Part shown: positions 61,057-64,000 of the stretch, in pieces
Numbering within the stretch: position 1 is the first letter of the stretch
How the letters are laid out: each line of letters starts with the position of its first letter
Assembly: GCA_039801905.1 (NCBI GenBank)
Contig: JBDRVQ010000002.1
Location: 3,147-67,146 of the forward strand
Length of the DNA: 64,000 nucleotides
Origin: a candidate division WOR-3 bacterium
GTDB lineage: Bacteria > Hydrothermota > Tepidihabitantia > Tepidihabitantales > JBDRVQ01
Direction of reading: 5' to 3'
The notes under the pieces: model-generated
Seen by the model: only the letters and a program-made list of their open reading frames with translations
The model's database searches: none
Told to the model about the DNA's origin: nothing
Translations under genes and position numbers: made by a program

Positions 61057-64000
61057 CTACTTCACAACGATTAACTTTCTATCTTCTTTGTATCCGCCTG
61101 AGGCGGATTCAAACCGTAAGAGATAGATTCCGGCCGGTAGTTTCTTTATCGTAAACTCACCCTTATCGCTCTTTGCAGAGTAAACCAAGTTGCCTAAGGT
61201 GTTATAGACTTTGAGAATCGCAACTTCTTTCTTCGGCAGGTTGTAGTAAACCTTGGTTAAGCCTTTGGTCGGATTGGAGTTAATCTGGATAAAAGTCTTA
61301 CGACTTAATTCCTGGGTCCCAATATTCGATGAAGGAAGGGCTAAAGTTAAATCTTCACCGGTATACTTCCAGATAGAAAGGGTATTATTTCCCTTTAAGG
61401 CATAGATTGTGCCATCGGTCCAAGTGCAGAGTCCACCACCACCCTTCACATATTTCTTATCTGGCATCTTGGGGATTGTCTCTAAGCCTGCCCATTTGGT
61501 CGTTGGGTCAAATGACCAGAACTCTTTGGTATTATTTCCCTTGAAGGCATAAATCTTACCGCTCTTTAAGGTCATTGCCGCACCTTCGCCAACTTTCTTC
61601 TTCTTATTCCACATTGGATGAGTGAAAGGCATTCCGGAATCCTTTTCCCAGGTATTAGCCGAGATGTCATACTTGTAGAACTCATTATACTTACCCCTTA
61701 AAGCATAGAGGGTATTATCATCATAGGCGATTAAACAAGAGCCATCGCTATAACCTTTACCGATATAAGTGCCTTCTGGTGCTTTTGGTAGAGTCTCAAT
61801 CCAAGTGTTATTGGTGCAGTCAAAGGCATAAAACTCATTGGTCTTTGAACCCTTTAAGAGATAGACAAAACCATTAACATAAGCCATTCCCGTGCCACCT
61901 TTCAGAGCCTTGCCACCACCCGCTGGAATTGGTGGTAATGATTCCCAAGCGTTAGTTTCGGTATCATAGCGCCAGAACTGTAGGGTATTTGTGCCAGAAG
62001 CAAAGTAGAGGTATTTTGTGCCGTCATAGACCATACCGGTTCCTTTCTTCACTCCTTTCTTACCCGCAATTGGCACCGAATCCAGTTGCGTTATGGCATT
62101 CTCTGGAATAAAGGAGTAGAAATCTTTCGTATTATTTCCCTTCACAATGTAGATCTTATTCCCACCGGAAACAATCAGACCACCGGATTTAATTCTTTTG
62201 TTTGACGGCGCAAGGGGTAAGTCAGAAACTTTTACCCAAGCAGTGGTGGGAATTTTCGGACGGACATTAACGATTTTCCTTTGACAATCATTCTCCGGTT
62301 GGACATCGCCATTAAGCATCGTTGAACATTGGGCAAGGAAATCACCAACCTTCTCCGGTAGCCAGAGGTCAAAATCAATGATTGTTTCCAAATCCGGAGA
62401 TAGCGAAGAAATCTCTCTCATACTGTAATAATCGCTAATTTGGAAAATGACGCCAAAAGAAGCAGGTTCGGAACCAAAGTTCTTTATCTTGGCTTTTGGC
62501 GTCATTGCCATTCCGGAATCCACAGTATCAGAAGGGGCAAGAATTTCTATCACCCCAACATCTAAAACCCGAACATATACCGAACCGATAATTTTATCAT
62601 TTTCCTGCCTCTGGTCACCAAAAAGTTGGGTCGTGCATTTGACCGAAATTTCGCCTGCTGGTTCGGCGGTCCAATCGGAGAAAGAGATAATTCTCTCTTC
62701 ATCGGGCAAAAGTTCCGAAACGACCATTTCTGCGGCATAATCGCCAATCAAAAGGAAGGTGTTAAAAGATACAGGAGTGTTGCCAAAATTTTTCACCTTG
62801 ATCTGCGGGGTAATGACCGAGCCGAGGTCAATGGTATCAATTGGGGCTAAAATCTCAATTGGGGAAACATCTAAAACTTGGACAAATACCGAATCAATTT
62901 TTTTATCGTTTCCGGGTTGATTGTCACCGGATAGTTCGGTTGTGCAGGTGACCGCAATCTTTCCCCGCGGACTCGCAAACCAGTTGGGAAAGGTTAAATA
63001 CCGATAGGTAAGAGGGGTGTGATTAATAACCGTCGCCGTGTAGTTATAATCTATGCCAATCTTCATCCGCACCGTATAAGTTTCTACGGTATTGCCATAA
63101 TTATAAACCGAACAAGCCGGTGTGATAACCGTTCCGGAGTCAATTATCCCAGTGGGCATTAAAATCTTTGTGCAGCCAACATCCTTTATCCCGATCCTTC
63201 TCACCTCAACTGACCCGGTCTGCCGGTCATTACTTAGCACCATATCATTAGAAAGTCGGGTGGAACAACTTACCAAATGGGTACCCAGTTGGTTGGCATT
63301 CCAAACCGGAAAGGTTAGATAAATCTTAGTTAATGGCTGATGATTAGAAACCGTAGCCGTTTGGTCATAAAATGTGCCAATCTTCATTCGCACCGTGTAA
63401 TTTTCTGTTGTGCCACCGAAATTATAAACAGTGCAAGCGGGGGTGATAATAATTCCTGAGTCCAAAACACCCGTTGGTGAAGAAATGGCAATTACCCCAA
63501 CATCGTGTAAAACAATGGGATTGGAGCCGATGGTGATAGAAAAGTTTACCGCCTGGGTCATCGTCTGGCCATCGTTTAAATAAGTTAGTTCTAACCTTAA
63601 AGGGATATTTCTCCCGGGCTCGGCTTGGGGTAAGCAATAGAAACGGAATTGATTGGTTCGGTTATCCGTAGAATCTCTCCTTCGGCATCTGGGGAAAGAC
63701 TTAATACTATCAAGAACGATAACCATTGGGTCAAGGGATTTCAATTTACCGCTAACGGCATAGGCAGAATCCAAGGGATGGATTGCCCGATTCCTTACTC
63801 GGAACCAGACTGAAGCGGTTTCTCCGGGGTCCAATTGTAAAGTTCGGTTGCCATTTAGGGAATCGTTAATAAAAACTTGCCTGGGCTCAAAGAAGACACC
63901 GGCAATGCGTGTTAGATATAAATTATTAGGACGATTCCGGCGACACTCATTATGAATATAAGCCGAATCATTCCAACCCTGCCAGAAATCCAAGGAACAC
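61057..64000 (-). CDS. Large secreted protein: tandem CARDB-like Ig domains plus Kelch-type beta-propeller repeats plus T9SS C-terminal sorting domain. The N-terminus probably runs off the window end
   Basis: About 100-aa repeats (..VLDVGVIEILAPSDTVDSG..PKAKIKNFGSEPASF..). Kelch-like repeats (..IYALKGNNT..FWSYD..TNAWE..). C-terminal ..KLPAGIYLLRFESASGGYKEDRKLIVVK tail. The track start at 63993 abuts the window end, so the true N-terminus may lie beyond it. Confidence 0.6.
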   Translation of the reverse strand, partial: CSLDFWQGWNDSAYIHNECRRNRPNNLYLTRIAGVFFEPRQVFINDSLNGNRTLQLDPGETASVWFRVRNRAIHPLDSAYAVSGKLKSLDPMVIVLDSIKSFPRCRRRDSTDNRTNQFRFYCLPQAEPGRNIPLRLELTYLNDGQTMTQAVNFSITIGSNPIVLHDVGVIAISSPTGVLDSGIIITPACTVYNFGGTTENYTVRMKIGTFYDQTATVSNHQPLTKIYLTFPVWNANQLGTHLVSCSTRLSNDMVLSNDRQTGSVEVRRIGIKDVGCTKILMPTGIIDSGTVITPACSVYNYGNTVETYTVRMKIGIDYNYTATVINHTPLTYRYLTFPNWFASPRGKIAVTCTTELSGDNQPGNDKKIDSVFVQVLDVSPIEILAPIDTIDLGSVITPQIKVKNFGNTPVSFNTFLLIGDYAAEMVVSELLPDEERIISFSDWTAEPAGEISVKCTTQLFGDQRQENDKIIGSVYVRVLDVGVIEILAPSDTVDSGMAMTPKAKIKNFGSEPASFGVIFQISDYYSMREISSLSPDLETIIDFDLWLPEKVGDFLAQCSTMLNGDVQPENDCQRKIVNVRPKIPTTAWVKVSDLPLAPSNKRIKSGGLIVSGGNKIYIVKGNNTKDFYSFIPENAITQLDSVPIAGKKGVKKGTGMVYDGTKYLYFASGTNTLQFWRYDTETNAWESLPPIPAGGGKALKGGTGMAYVNGFVYLLKGSKTNEFYAFDCTNNTWIETLPKAPEGTYIGKGYSDGSCLIAYDDNTLYALRGKYNEFYKYDISANTWEKDSGMPFTHPMWNKKKKVGEGAAMTLKSGKIYAFKGNNTKEFWSFDPTTKWAGLETIPKMPDKKYVKGGGGLCTWTDGTIYALKGNNTLSIWKYTGEDLTLALPSSNIGTQELSRKTFIQINSNPTKGLTKVYYNLPKKEVAILKVYNTLGNLVYSAKSDKGEFTIKKLPAGIYLLRFESASGGYKEDRKLIVVK

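Noticed and set aside
62447-63322. Short plus-strand ORFs within 61057-64000
   Set aside because: They are antisense to the CARDB/Kelch gene.

Overview
This 64 kb window is a densely coding, low-GC (about 40-45% by eye) stretch of bacterial chromosome. At least six proteins end in a Por/T9SS-type C-terminal sorting domain (a GH18 hydrolase, two beta-helix paralogs, an S8 protease, a small partner protein and a CARDB/Kelch protein). Together with three GT39/PMT_2-like membrane glycosyltransferases and an amino-acid-fermenting gene set, this suggests an uncultured FCB-superphylum-like anaerobe; the taxon is an inference only.

Housekeeping content I can support:
- a translationally coupled gcvT-gcvH-gcvPA-(Cys-rich ORF)-gcvPB-(orf91)-(GlmL-like ATPase)-purF operon on the minus strand;
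- a long plus-strand operon amrS-DUF362-scpA-Mth938-DUF72-nadA-nadE;
- pilT, metK-ahcY, iorA-(GNAT/Trx fusion)-iorB, hbd, formiminotransferase-cyclodeaminase, pepP-efp-accC, mltG, ppdK, asd and rpmF-plsX.

The most unusual signal is non-coding. Four copies of a composite intergenic element occur at ~7960-8234, 24419-24700, 40860-41152 and 56503-56784. Each has a ~50-bp conserved core (AGGAGGGGTTTATTTTTATAAAAAGGGGTGTAGCATACAGGGGATGGTATC) joined to a ~220-280 bp degenerate array of ~12-bp-phased YTAAT(T) repeats. All four are in the same orientation relative to the downstream gene. Three end directly at a TTGACW -35 box of a proximal promoter for a near-leaderless gene; copy 1 is ~225 bp from its proximal -35. 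Two copies also have a perfect TTGACA-17-TATAAT promoter exactly 41-42 bp upstream of the core.

No rRNA, tRNA, CRISPR array or recognisable transposase was seen.
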